Position numbers and translations under genes: made by a program. The notes beneath the pieces were generated by a model. It was not told the DNA's origin. It saw only the letters and a list, made by a program, of their open reading frames with translations, and did no database searches. Positions 1-11,278 of a DNA stretch of 26,934 nucleotides are shown here, one piece after another. This DNA is from Octopus sinensis (lineage: Eukaryota): the NCBI RefSeq assembly GCF_006345805.1, contig NW_021836078.1, positions 1 to 26,934 of the forward strand, given 5' to 3'. The first letter of the stretch is position 1. Each line of letters starts with the position of its first letter.

Positions 1-100
1 TGTGTATATATATATATATGTGCATGTATATATATATATATATACACGTGTGTGTATATAAGAGTAGCTTAAACAAAAAAGGAGTAAAATTATACATATC

Positions 101-161
<61 letters not shown>

Positions 162-215
162 CCTGTGTGCGTGCGTGCGTGCGTGCGTGCGTGTGTGCGT
201 GTGTGTGTGTGTGTG

Positions 216-267
<52 letters not shown>
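1..267. repeat. Compound microsatellite (TA)n, (TCTA)n, (GTGC)n, (GT)n
   Basis: Directly visible; the 18..272 ORF is its translation. Confidence 0.95.
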
Positions 268-268
<1 letters not shown>

Positions 269-947
269 CTAAATCAATAAATGTGATAAAATGAGGTGAC
301 GATAAATTAATTAGTAAAACTTGTGAAATATTTATGCGTGAATAGAGAACGTGGCAACGGACAAACTCTTCACTGTAAGTGAAACTTGAATAACGAATTC
401 GTGAATATTTTATTTTTTGAATTTGTTATTTAAAACAATTATACTTGTGTTGTTGCTTATACCGATGCCGTTTGCTTACGATGACATCATAGCAAGATAT
501 GAAGCCTTAGAGGATAATTTAGGCACCTGCCAATATTAATGATTTCTTTTAAATTTGGGTTATAGAAAATTTATATAATTACATGTTTTTTGTTATTTTA
601 GGTCGGGGTATGGAGTTTAGCTCATTAAAATCTACTCGCGGCAGGATTTGAACTCAGATAAGTGAAGATCTGAAATAGAGCAAGACATCGTGTTTAGCTC
701 ATGTAATGTTAAAAAAAAAAATTTAGGGACTCACGATACCTTTGATGGTTCGCATCAGCAAAAATAAATGCTGCAACAAAATAAAATAAAATAAAATGAA
801 GTTAATAAATAAAAATTAACAAAATTCTTAAGAAGTGCCCCACCTCGACACATTTACTTCTAAGACACATGAACATGACTGGTTTACGAAAGATCACCCC
901 TCCAGGCTGTTTTCTGCTAGTTTATGTAATATGTATATGTGAGAGTT

Positions 948-1047
948 TACACACACACACACACACACACACACCACACACAACCATACATATATACATA
1001 TTACATAAGTATACAACAACCATATATCTATGTATATATGACGTATG

Positions 1048-1080
<33 letters not shown>

Positions 1081-1187
1081 TTATATTTATAATGTATATA
1101 TTATATATATATATAATAGCCTTCGGCTAAAACATTTTTATGATTTTATTTAAGGATTTATATATATATACATATACATACCACACA

Positions 1188-1236
<49 letters not shown>

Positions 1237-1296
1237 CTATATATATATATATATATATATACATATCATATATACATACACATACACACATACATA
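948..1296. repeat. (CA)n/(TA)n microsatellite tract
   Basis: Directly visible. Confidence 0.9.
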
Positions 1297-1298
1297 TA

Positions 1299-3632
1299 CC
1301 GTATATTTCCGCGTATAAGACGACCTTTAAATCCTAAAATTTACCCTAAGAATTTGGGGTCGTCTTAAGCCACCATTCTAAAAATCAAATTTTGTATTTT
1401 AGGTGATTTTATAAGTAAGCTAACCTCGACCTCAGTGCAATAACCATGGACAAACATGAAGAGATTAACAAAATAAAAAAAAAATTATAATATAGGTAAT
1501 AAAAACATTTTTACTTTATATATTATTGGAATATCTTCATAATAAATAGCCTATTCGAGAGATAATTCATCATCATTGAAGTCAACTTTTATCTCTGCAA
1601 GCTCGACTGAGAAAGTGTAAACATCGAGTTATGGTTGCGCTCACAATAAACTTTATCTTTTGTTAACCTTTCAAAAATTTGAACAGTTATGTATAACTGT
1701 AGTAATAACATTTAGAATAACATATTTATATATTTAATAAACTATCTATTATCATTTGGTGGTAAATAACACAATTTGGATTACACACAACCTTTATTTT
1801 TCAATAAAATTATTTTACAGTAGTTGCAGTTAAAACATAAGACATTATAGAATTTTTTAATTTCCTATAAAGATAAATAATATTAATAAAACATCAAATC
1901 TGCCACATGTATTTATCTAAAACCCATCAAATTCCTCACAATCATTACTATCTGTTTCTAAAAGTTTCTCATACATATCACAAGATTCATTACATATGTC
2001 ATCATCGTAAGGATTCCAGTCTGGTTCTGGTGAATCGATTTTGACTTTGTCGTCGATATTGTACAGAATATCATCTTCGGTACCACTCATGACATTAGAG
2101 ATACTGCATTAAAAAAATTATCTTATCGCATTTTCCACTTTAACTTTGCCCTATACCTTTATAACAAAATCACAAAGAATACCAAGTTCCACCATTTGTA
2201 AAAGATTTTTCTCTATTCACCATCCAGTCATTTCATTGCTCTCTCTCGCGTTATCTTTAAATGGCTTGTTTAAACTGACATTAAGTGGCTGCAGTATAGA
2301 AGTCAAACCATCAGAAATAACAGCAATATCAGCATTGGTTTTGGATAACCGGGTTTTAGCATTTGCCGTTAAGTGGCTACAAAACATATCTCAAATCAAT
2401 AAACTGTGTTTGTATGCCACCTGGCTGCATGTTCCAAATACTCTCAATCCATAATTTCACACCACTCTCATCCATCCACCCTTTTTCGTGAAAATGAACA
2501 AAAACGCTAGGAGGAAAATCTATTTTGGACTTTGTTTTACGTTTAAAAATAACTATGGGTTTCAATTTCGTACCGTCAGCCATGCAGTATAATACCACCT
2601 TAAACCTTGTTTCCTCATATCCAGTGCTTTTAACGTGCACTATTTTTACTCCTTTCAAATCTCCTGTTTTGTTACTCAAAATGTCAATGTTTAATGGCGT
2701 TTCATCCATATTTCCAATATGAGACAATGGAAACTGATACCTTTTTCTCAGTTGGATGATGAACTGGTGAAAACTGGTTACTCTGTGATCGAGATCTTTC
2801 GAGAGTTTTTGGGTGATTTTTATTTTCTCCCTAATTACCAGATTTTTTCTGTTCATAAGAAGATTGCATCAACCTACTGTTGCTTTAAAAATTTACTTTC
2901 TTTTCTTTTTGCATGATTTAGCCCATTTTAGGGCATACGATCTTATTTTATTTCGTGTGACAATGTAGCCATCTTGTCTCTGCCGGAGTACTCATTCTGC
3001 TTCATCATTTTCCAACTTCGGCCAACGAGTGCTTCCTCTTCTCATTTCACATTTTTGTTTGTGCATTTGTCTTAATTTTCCTTATTCTTTCTCCACTCTC
3101 GTACCATCTTCTCGGTAACAACGAATGTTCTAACTGCAGCGCGATTGTTCAAGCTCTTGGCTACTGCTATAACTTTCAATTTTCTTCTTTTTGCTGCTGG
3201 TTGCATATTGGTATGGGTATAAAATGATTATAAATTTCACTTGACTAGACAGTTTGTGATTTTATATAAAGTATAGGTAAATGGTTATTAATGTACCAGG
3301 CTGACTGTAACTGTTTAGAAGATTTCAGTTATATGAACCACGATTATCGTATTGTTGTTAGCGGTTGTTATGACAACGATAAAGTTTTGATAAAGAAGGA
3401 GAACCAGGTTCCCTTTCAGGTGACGTGTGTATGAAAAATCATGATGTAGAAACGGATTTATTTTGTTTATTTTAATTTCTAAGGATATAGTAAGTAAAAA
3501 CAAAACAAACAAACATTTGTAATATCATCATCATATGACCAATATTTCTAAAAATATCTGTTGTTGCAAAAGCTAGCCTGTACACAATAGTTTTGTAATT
3601 TTGCAGTCGTCCTATACCGCGAAATATACTAG
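1299..3632 (-). mobile_element. Full-length decayed pogo/TcMar-Tc2 (Passer/POGK-like) DNA transposon
   Basis: TA|CCGTATATTTCCGCGTATAAGACGAC at 1299 and GTCGTCCTATACCGCGAAATATACTAG|TA ending 3632 are imperfect ~26-bp TIRs with TA TSD. A CCGTA start is typical of Tc2/Kanga-type elements. Internal transposase on the minus strand. Confidence 0.9.
1917..3206 (-). pseudogene. Disrupted pogo-family transposase (Brinker-like DBD + CENP-B HTH + DDE_1)
   Basis: Manual translation: MQPAAKRRKLKVIAVAKSLNNRAAVRTFVVTEKMVREWRK...WPKLE...; ORF 2377-2856 has IGNMDETP, KSTGYE, MADGTKLKPIVIFKRK, KGWMD; then I*DMF-(35 aa)-QPLNVSLNKPFK (third Asp replaced by Asn); CSISNVMSGTEDDILY; ends EEFDGF*. Several stops and frameshifts. 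Confidence 0.9.
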
Positions 3633-3646
3633 TATAATTATATCTA

Positions 3647-3776
3647 TATTATATATATATATATATAGATAATATATATATAGGTGTGTGTTGTGGTGTG
3701 TGGTGGGGTGGGGTGTGTGTGTGTGTGGTGTGTGTGTGTGTGTGTGTGTGGTGTGTGTGTGTGCGTGTGTGTGTGT
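3647..3776. repeat. (TA)n/(GT)n microsatellite
   Basis: Directly visible. Confidence 0.9.
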
Positions 3777-4024
3777 AAATAAGTTTTATAATTTCGCTTT
3801 TCCAATTGAAAACGAATAATGTTGACCTCATAAGAGTTTATAAAACTTCAAGAGAACGTCAAGTAATTCTCATTTGGAACAGTGAAACTCGAAGCAGATA
3901 AAGCTATAAATTATAGCGTGTAAATAATGGGCTAAAAAAAAACTTTGGATAGAAAAAGTGGGGTTCGAATCCACATTTTCTGTAAACATGAGCGTAAAAA
4001 TGAATGAAAAAATTAATCAATATA

Positions 4025-4219
4025 CCGTAATTTCCGGCAAAGAAGTCGACGTAGTATATAGGGTAAACATGTAGTACAAACATTGACGCATCATCACTCT
4101 CCTTTCAAATCCTGCTGTATTTCAAGCGGTGTTTTCGGACTTCAAAATCGTTTTGGTGTATAAGTCGACCTACCTTTTTGGGGCTGTAAATTTCGATCTG
4201 AAAAATTCGACTTGTATGG
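4025..4219. mobile_element. Short non-autonomous Tc2/pogo-like MITE
   Basis: TA|CCGTAATTTCCGGC...AAGTCGAC at left; TATAAGTCGACC...AAAAATTCGACTTGTATGG|TA at right (right TIR internally shortened). Same terminal style as the 1299 element. Confidence 0.6.
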
Positions 4220-4828
4220 TATGCTGTTGAGATAATTTATTCGATTGAGGCTACTGATTCATTCCGTCACTACTCCGGTTTCTTAGTTTTTGTGTCACAC
4301 ATTTACTCTGGAGGCAAAGAGATTCTCAAATATACTTTTACCTTGTTAAATTCTTCACCAACCGAAGCTCTGAATAGTTTAGGTTCCTTTTGGTAATCAT
4401 TTCATTACATTTTACATACAATATTGCCAACCCGCTTGGTAAAAGTCATGAATGAACGTCACACAATTTTATTTTATCTTTCTTTGGGTGTTGTGTCGTG
4501 GTTAAGTTAAGCAAGAAACCATTATTTAGCTTCTCTTTCGTTGAATGTCTTGAAAATGTTGGCCTAATTTTTTATTCTCTCTGAAACTGTGCATTCAAAA
4601 AAAAAAAAAAAAAGAAAAGTTAATATTATCAAAAATATTATTTTCATAATTACTATTATCTCAATTTTGAACGAAACAGAAATAATATAACAAGAAGAAA
4701 AAAAAAATGATAACAATATAAAATTGTTGGCCATTTCTTTGAAATACTAAGTTCTGTATTTCCACAAGCAAAAATGTAAGTTTGTGAGAACTCAAGAGGT
4801 TTCCATTGAAATAGAAATTTTGCTATCG

Positions 4829-4829
<1 letters not shown>

Positions 4830-4893
<64 letters not shown>
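4830..4893. repeat. (ATT)n microsatellite
   Basis: Directly visible. Confidence 0.95.
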
Positions 4894-5124
4894 TTCATCA
4901 TCATATTTATATGTTGTTTGTTTAATTTCTTAAGGTTGGAGGCAATTAAAGTTTACATTGAATGAAAGAAAAAAAAAGAAACGTTCCATCTACATTTAGT
5001 CAAAGCATTTTTTTTTTCCTATAAATAAATTTAAAGGTTTATGGCGCTGTTTATTTTGAACTTCTATAGCCGAATTTTTAGTATTTGTCTACGAGCTGTG
5101 CTTTTTCTTCTTTCAGTATTTGTT

Positions 5125-5413
5125 TCACACACACGTACATACACACGCACACACACATGCAAAAGCATTCATTTATGCACGCATACATATATACACACAT
5201 TAAAGCACACGTTTATATGAATTATATAAAAAGAAAAATAGCTTACATATACAGATACATACGTGTGCATATTTATACTTAAAAATTTAAACATTCGCAC
5301 TTGTGTATATGTATGAATGTAATGTATGCATGTATGTATGTATGTGTTGATATATATACATATATGTGTGTGTGTGGTGCATTTATAGCTCTCTCTCTCT
5401 CTCTCTCTCTCTC

Positions 5414-5453
<40 letters not shown>

Positions 5454-5699
5454 TATGTATGCATTTATATATGCATATATATGCATATATATATATATAT
5501 ATATATAATATATATTATATATATATATATATATACCACATATTCACATATGTATGCATTTATATATATATGCATATATATATATACATATATATGCTTA
5601 TATATATGCACATATGTATGCATTTATATATATATATATGCCTTTATATATATGCTTATATATGTGTGTGTGTTTGTGCGTGTGTGAGTGTGTGTGTGT

Positions 5700-5734
<35 letters not shown>

Positions 5735-5830
5735 GTATAAGCACCGAGACATTTATGCGCACGCGTGCGTGTATATATTTTAAGATATTCACAAGAGCAT
5801 ATGCAATAGTACGTGATAGCACGGTACTAC

Positions 5831-5862
<32 letters not shown>
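5125..5862. repeat. Low-complexity (CA)/(TA)/(CT)/(GT) region including repeated CACATATGTATGCATTTATATAT units
   Basis: Unit seen at ~5450, ~5545 and ~5609. Confidence 0.85.
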
Positions 5863-5864
<2 letters not shown>

Positions 5865-6090
5865 AGTGGAAGATAGAATGAGTAACAGAGATAGAGATTG
5901 TTAGAAAGCATATAAAGACACACTTTTGTTCTTCACAAAAGGTGAAGGAATTGTGGTGAAAACTCAGTGAAAATGCAAGATAGATGAGTGGCTTAATGAT
6001 GGCGACACAACTATAGACCGTTGTGGGTTTTGGCAGAGTCATAGTTTTCCTTTTAGGAACGAGAGAAAAACAACAAAATAAAAAAGAAAA

Positions 6091-6135
<45 letters not shown>

Positions 6136-6295
6136 AATAGTAGTAATAGAAGAAGAAAAAGAAGAAGAAAAAGAAGATGAAGAAGAAGAGGAAGAAGAAG
6201 AGGAAGGAGAAGAGGAAGGAGAAGAGGAAGGAGAAGAGGAAGAAGAAGAAGAAGAAGAGGAAGAGGAAGTGGAAGAGGAAGAGGAAGAGGAAGAG

Positions 6296-6334
<39 letters not shown>

Positions 6335-6372
6335 TAATAATAATAATAATGATGATGATAATAATAATAATA

Positions 6373-6412
<40 letters not shown>

Positions 6413-6645
6413 TAAGAAGAAGAAGAAGAAGAAGAAGAAAAGAAGAAGAAGAAGAAGCAGAAGAAAAGAAGAAGAAGAAAGGAAGAAGAAGAGAAGAAGA
6501 AGAAGAAAAGAAGAAGAGAAGAAGAAGAAGAGAAGAAGAAGAAGAAGAAAAAGAAGAAGAAGAAGATAAAAAGAAGAAAAAAAGAAGAAGAAAAGAAGAA
6601 GAAGAAGAAGAAGAAGAAGAAGAAGAAGAAGAAGAAGAAGAAGAT
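6091..6645. repeat. Compound trinucleotide array (AGT)n-(GAA/GAG)n-(AAT)n-(GAA)n
   Basis: Directly visible. Confidence 0.95.
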
Positions 6646-6847
6646 AAATAAATGAATAAACAAAATATCAAAATGTTGCGAATCGGAAAAATACGTCGTT
6701 AAACAGGCGAATTGAATGATATAAAGGAATAGTTGGGCAAAGAGAAATGGTTGAGAAGACAAGAACCAAGACTATCAACAACTGCAAGAAAATTCATCTA
6801 AATAATCAACAACAATGACAGCAGTTGCAGCAATAATGGCAGCAGCA

Positions 6848-7116
6848 CAACAACAACAACAACAACAACAACAGTCATGATGATGATGATGATGATGATG
6901 ATGGTGGTGGTGATGATGATGCTGAATATGATGATGGTGATGATGATGATGAATATGATGATGATGATGAATATGATGATGATGATGAATATGATGATGA
7001 TGATGAAGATGATGATGATGATGCTGCTGCTGCTGATGATGATGATGCTGATGATGCTGATGCTGATGCTGCTGCTGCTGCTGATGATGATGATGATGCT
7101 GATGCTGAATATGATG

Positions 7117-7150
<34 letters not shown>

Positions 7151-7171
7151 GATGATGATGATGATGATGAA

Positions 7172-7214
<43 letters not shown>

Positions 7215-7225
7215 TTGATGATGAA

Positions 7226-7270
<45 letters not shown>
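6848..7270. repeat. Compound trinucleotide array (CAA)n-(GAT)n-(GCT)n-(GAT)n
   Basis: Directly visible. Confidence 0.95.
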
Positions 7271-7387
7271 AAGGACAAAATTATGGTGATGCTGATAATG
7301 ACAAGTGTTATGGCGGTGGTGCAAGTAATCCTCTAATGTCTTCATTTGTTATGGATAGCAAAAGAAAAAAAATAATAAATAAATGAA

Positions 7388-7426
<39 letters not shown>

Positions 7427-7922
7427 GTATACTAAAACGTTTTGAAATATAAAAAAAAAGTACAAACTAAAATTGAAGTTTTTGAGCCAGTGTGCATAAG
7501 GCCAGAAAGTTTGGTGAAGGGCAAAGTCCTTTAAAAGTGTAAAGACAAACAAACAAACAAACAAAAATCCAAAGGAACGAGAATACCACCGGAAAACGAC
7601 TGGTAGGTTGATAAAAGAAAACAAAAAAAAAAAAGTAAAGAAAATATGCCAATGGAAGAGAACAAAATTATTTTTGTTCGCTTTGTTCTATTCACATAGT
7701 TTGGGATTATTTTTATTTTCTTCTGTAAATGTTTGCATTGAGCCATGTAGAATAAGTTAGAAGTTAGAAGGAAAGCAAACAACGCTGAAGAAACATGAAA
7801 TTTATAACGTTTTTGAAACGAAAATAAACTAACTGGATTACATGCTTTGCTGGTTTCATTATATGTATTGTTTAAAATTCCAGTTGCATATACGCTGTAC
7901 GACGTTCGTCATAAGTATGTTG

Positions 7923-8302
7923 TTTCCAGTGAATCCCTGTCGCATATACGTGAATTTTAATTTGTTTTCTTTCTCTCTCGGTTTCAACTTGAAATGGTTC
8001 CAAGAATTTCTTCGAAGAGTTCATAGAGAAACCTTCGTTAGAGTACCACTAAGTTTTCTTGTTGAAAACCAACTTTTATCAATAGACAGGTTCAAAGTTT
8101 GAGTAGCATGGGTTTCCAGTGAATCCCTGTTGCATAAGCGTGAATTCTAATTTGTTTTCTTTCTCTCTCGGTTTCAACATGAAATGGTTCAAAGAATTTC
8201 ATCGAAGAGTTAATAGAGAACCCTTCGTTAGAGTACCACTAAGTTTTCTTGTTGAAAACCAGCTTTTATCTATAGACAGGTTCAAAGTTTGAATAGCACG
8301 GG
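7923..8302. repeat. 190-bp tandem duplication (7923-8112 / 8113-8302)
   Basis: Both units start TTTCCAGTGAATCCCTGT and end AAAGTTTGA.TAGCA.GGG, with scattered substitutions. Confidence 0.95.
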
Positions 8303-8462
8303 CTAGAATTTTAATGATACAAGCAACGTGGATCGGAAATTTAGATAACTTGAAACATAAAAATGTTTTGTAGACTATAAATCATTAAGGTGAATCAAGT
8401 AATGGAAGAAAAGGCCTCCTTAATTGGGAAGGAACTATCTTACGAATAATTCGACATAGATA

Positions 8463-9267
8463 AGGCTTGATTGTGTGGTTAAGAAACTCGCTTTACAACA
8501 ACGTGGTTTCAGGTTCAGTGCCACAGCGCGGCAGTTTAGGGAAATGTTTTCTACTATAGCCATGAGCCGATCAATGCCTAGTGAGTGAATTTGGTTGACG
8601 GAAACTGTGTAGAAGGCGACGAGCTGGCAGAAACGTTAGCACACCGGGCGAAATGCGTAGCCGTATTTCGTCTGCCGTTACGTTCTGAGTTTAAATTCCG
8701 CCGAGGTCGACTTTGCCTTTCATCCTTTCGAGGTCGATAAATTAAGTACCAGTTACGCACTGGAGTCAATATAATCGACTTAATCCGTTTGTCTGTCCTT
8801 GTTTGTCCTCTCTGTGTTTAGCCCCTTGTGGGTAGTAAAGAAATAGGTATTTCGTCTGCTGCTACATTCTGAGTTCAAATTCCGCCGAGGTCGACTTTGC
8901 CTTTCATCCTTTCGGGGTCGATTAAAGAAGTACCAGTTACGCACTGGGGTCGATATAATCCACTTAATCCGTTTGTCTGTCCTTGTTTGTTCCCTCTGTG
9001 TATAGCCCCTTGTGGGCAGTTAAGAAATAGGAAACTGTGTAGAAGCCCGTCGTGTTTTCATTTTCGTTCTCCATTTTTCTATCCTAGTGTGTTCTGTCTT
9101 TTAGAAGAGTGTATAGTCGAAACGGAAAAGACGTTTCCTTCTTCCTCACCCCATTCCTTGAGTGTACACTTTTTTCCGTTTTTTTTGCTTAGTTTTGTAT
9201 TTACTCGACTAAAATTCCTCAAGGTGGTGCCCATCATAGCCGCAGTCTAATGACTAAAACAAGTAAT
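8463..9267 (+). mobile_element. Diverged SINE B (CORE-like, tRNA-type head) interrupted by SINE A; tail remnant at 9203-9267
   Basis: Matches the well-preserved copy at 14431-14877 (TGTGTGGTTAAG...GGTTCAGT...CTACTATAGCC...GGAAACTG...GCCCGTCG; tail CTCGACTAAA...GCAGTCTAATGACTAAAACAAGT). Confidence 0.75.
8615..9029 (+). mobile_element. SINE A (tail-1), partially dimeric, with 15-bp TSD
   Basis: Head GGCGACGAGCTGGCAGAAACGTTAGC, body GCCTTTCATCCTTTCG.GGTCGAT.AA...GTACCAG, tail ...CCCTTGTGGG...AAGAAATA. Second body+tail at 8847-9029. TSD GGAAACTGTGTAGAA at 8600-8614 and 9030-9044. Confidence 0.9.
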
Positions 9268-9543
9268 AGGGTCAATATCAGCAGGTTGTTGTTATTAGTT
9301 GTTAAGGTCAGGCCAGTTCTGGCTGAGAAGGACCTACCATCAAAGTTGTTATTACGACATAATGCCACAAGAATTAGACTATTAAATGCGTCCTTCCTTT
9401 TGCTTTTTGGACGGTTAGGTTCCTAAGCTGTTGACATGACGAAAATTTATCTACAAATTTCTGTCTGGTCGAGCGACTGCTTCGAGGGTCTCTTGATAGT
9501 TCGATATTTCTTTGTTGCGTTGATGTATGTATTGGACGCAAAC

Positions 9544-9687
9544 GCAGTATGGCTAAATGGTTACGAAATTCGTTTCCAAACTACGAGGTTCTAGGCTGGA
9601 TCCTATTGCGTGACATCTTGGGCAAACGTCATTTTCTATAGCCTCGGGTCTATCCATAAATTGACAGTGAGATTCAGTCGAAAACTG
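9544..9687 (+). mobile_element. Degraded SINE B head/core
   Basis: ...GCGTGACATCTTGGGCAAACGTCATTTTCTATAGCCTCGGGTC aligns to the core at 14500-14540. Confidence 0.6.
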
Positions 9688-10013
9688 CTATTCAAAATCT
9701 AGAGTCTTGTCACACACAACATTACGTTAATTTTGCCTGCGAATTACATTGAGATGAGACGAGTTTGTGGAACGCTCCTCTGTTACATGTTAATTCAAAA
9801 GCATGCAATTCAGTTAATCGTACAAACTGAATACTCATCGTCAGACGACGGAGATCCACCATTACATGTCGTCTGCTCCTTTGATTCTTTGAAGTTGGCT
9901 TTTCAAGCCAGTTTGAGAGAGTTGTTCAGAAATCCATTTATAATTATAATTAAATGATTTTCTTTATTTTACTCTTGATACTTTCAGTCACAAGTCTTTA
10001 TTTGTATATTTAA

Positions 10014-10371
10014 CCCCTTGAATACGGAAAGTAGATATATCGGCTCAAAATTTTATTACCGTTAACTGCAGAAAGCAGTTTTACCTAGCAGCTTTGGAGA
10101 AAAACTTATGCTACGAGAAATGGAGACAGTACCAGTGATAAATTTTACAAAAAGGCAATTTTTCAGATTTTCTTAATTTTTCTCACATATTTTATCAAAT
10201 ATCTCTTTACAGAACAAGAATAAAATACTTTTAGTGGTGGATATGAAAACTGTGATTACAGGAGATGCTGAACAAGTATTGCAGAAGCAGAAAATATCAA
10301 TTCTAACTTTTTTGGTGGATAAAAAGCATCATTACGGGAACGCCATTAAATTTAATTACGCAATCAATAGG
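10014..10371. mobile_element. Possible piggyBac-type MITE
   Basis: TTAA at 10010-13 and 10372-75 flank CCCCTTGAATACG / CGCAATCAATAGG (9/13 inverted match, CC...GG termini). Confidence 0.5.
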
Positions 10372-10491
10372 TTAATACACACACACGCGCGCACAATGTT
10401 ATAGTTTATCTGAAAGAAATTTATTATATGGTTCACAGGAATTTATGTATTAGTTGACCGACTTAATTTGTAGCTGCCAAAAGACCAAACA

Positions 10492-10745
10492 TTCTTTCTT
10501 CTAAAGGCACAATCCTTTCTTCTAAAGGCACAATCCTTTCTTCTAAAGGCACAAGGCCTGAAATTTTGGGCGACGGGGTTAGTCGATTAGATCGACCCAG
10601 TATGTGACTGGTACTTGATTTATCGACCCTGAAAGGATGAAAGGCAAAGTCGACCTCGGCGGAATTTGAACTCAGAACGTAGTGACAGGCGAAATATCGC
10701 TAAGGATTTCGTCCAGCGTGCTAACGATTCTGCTAGCTCGCCGCC
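10492..10745 (-). mobile_element. SINE A with tail-2 ending in three 21-bp tandem repeats
   Basis: Reverse complement of the A head/body. Tail unit (+ strand) TCCTTTCTTCTAAAGGCACAA x3 at 10492-10554. Confidence 0.9.
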
Positions 10746-11079
10746 TTAGATCAGATATTAATATCTAATCTGAACATCTAAATATCAGAGATGAACTGTT
10801 AGTTATACGAAAATTTTTCAGACCAGTAAACTCATATTTAGAGTTGTGTTAGTGAACCTAGTGGAAAAGAATGTTGTTACTTTAATTTCGGAAGTAAAGA
10901 ATCTTAATCCGAATACAATCTGATATAATGTAAATAATCAGGAATACAACACTAGATGGTGATTGGCTATCAAGTGTATTCTTTTGGCGGCTATCAAGTG
11001 CAATCTTTTATTCTTTTATTCTTTCACTTGCTTCAGTCATTTTGACTGTGGCAATGCTGGAGCAACACCTAAGGTGGTT
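10701..11079 (+). repeat. Left arm of an inverted duplication (partner 14067-14400)
   Basis: The reverse complement of 14067-14400 aligns over SINE A head + ~220-bp spacer + SINE B tail; this arm has an extra ~45 bp. Confidence 0.9.
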
Positions 11080-11278
11080 TTAGTCGACTCCAGGACTTAT
11101 TCTTTGTAAGCCTAGTACTTATTTCATCGGTTCTTATATCGAACCGCTAGATTACAGGTTACAGGGATGTAAACACATCAACATCGGTTGTCAAGCGATG
11201 GTGGAGGGGGGACACAAACAGACACGAACACACAAATACATGCATACATACATACATGGGTTGGGAAGCAAGCTTCTT

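Noticed and set aside
630-690. Very old SINE A fragments (also ~13370-13460)
   Set aside because: Only short motif matches (GGATTTGAACTCAGA; TGGTACTTTATTTTATC); boundaries cannot be supported.
5827-7345. Long ORFs (311, 210, 167, 156 aa) with polyS/F/Q/H/E
   Set aside because: Translations of trinucleotide microsatellites, open in several frames on both strands, with no domain.
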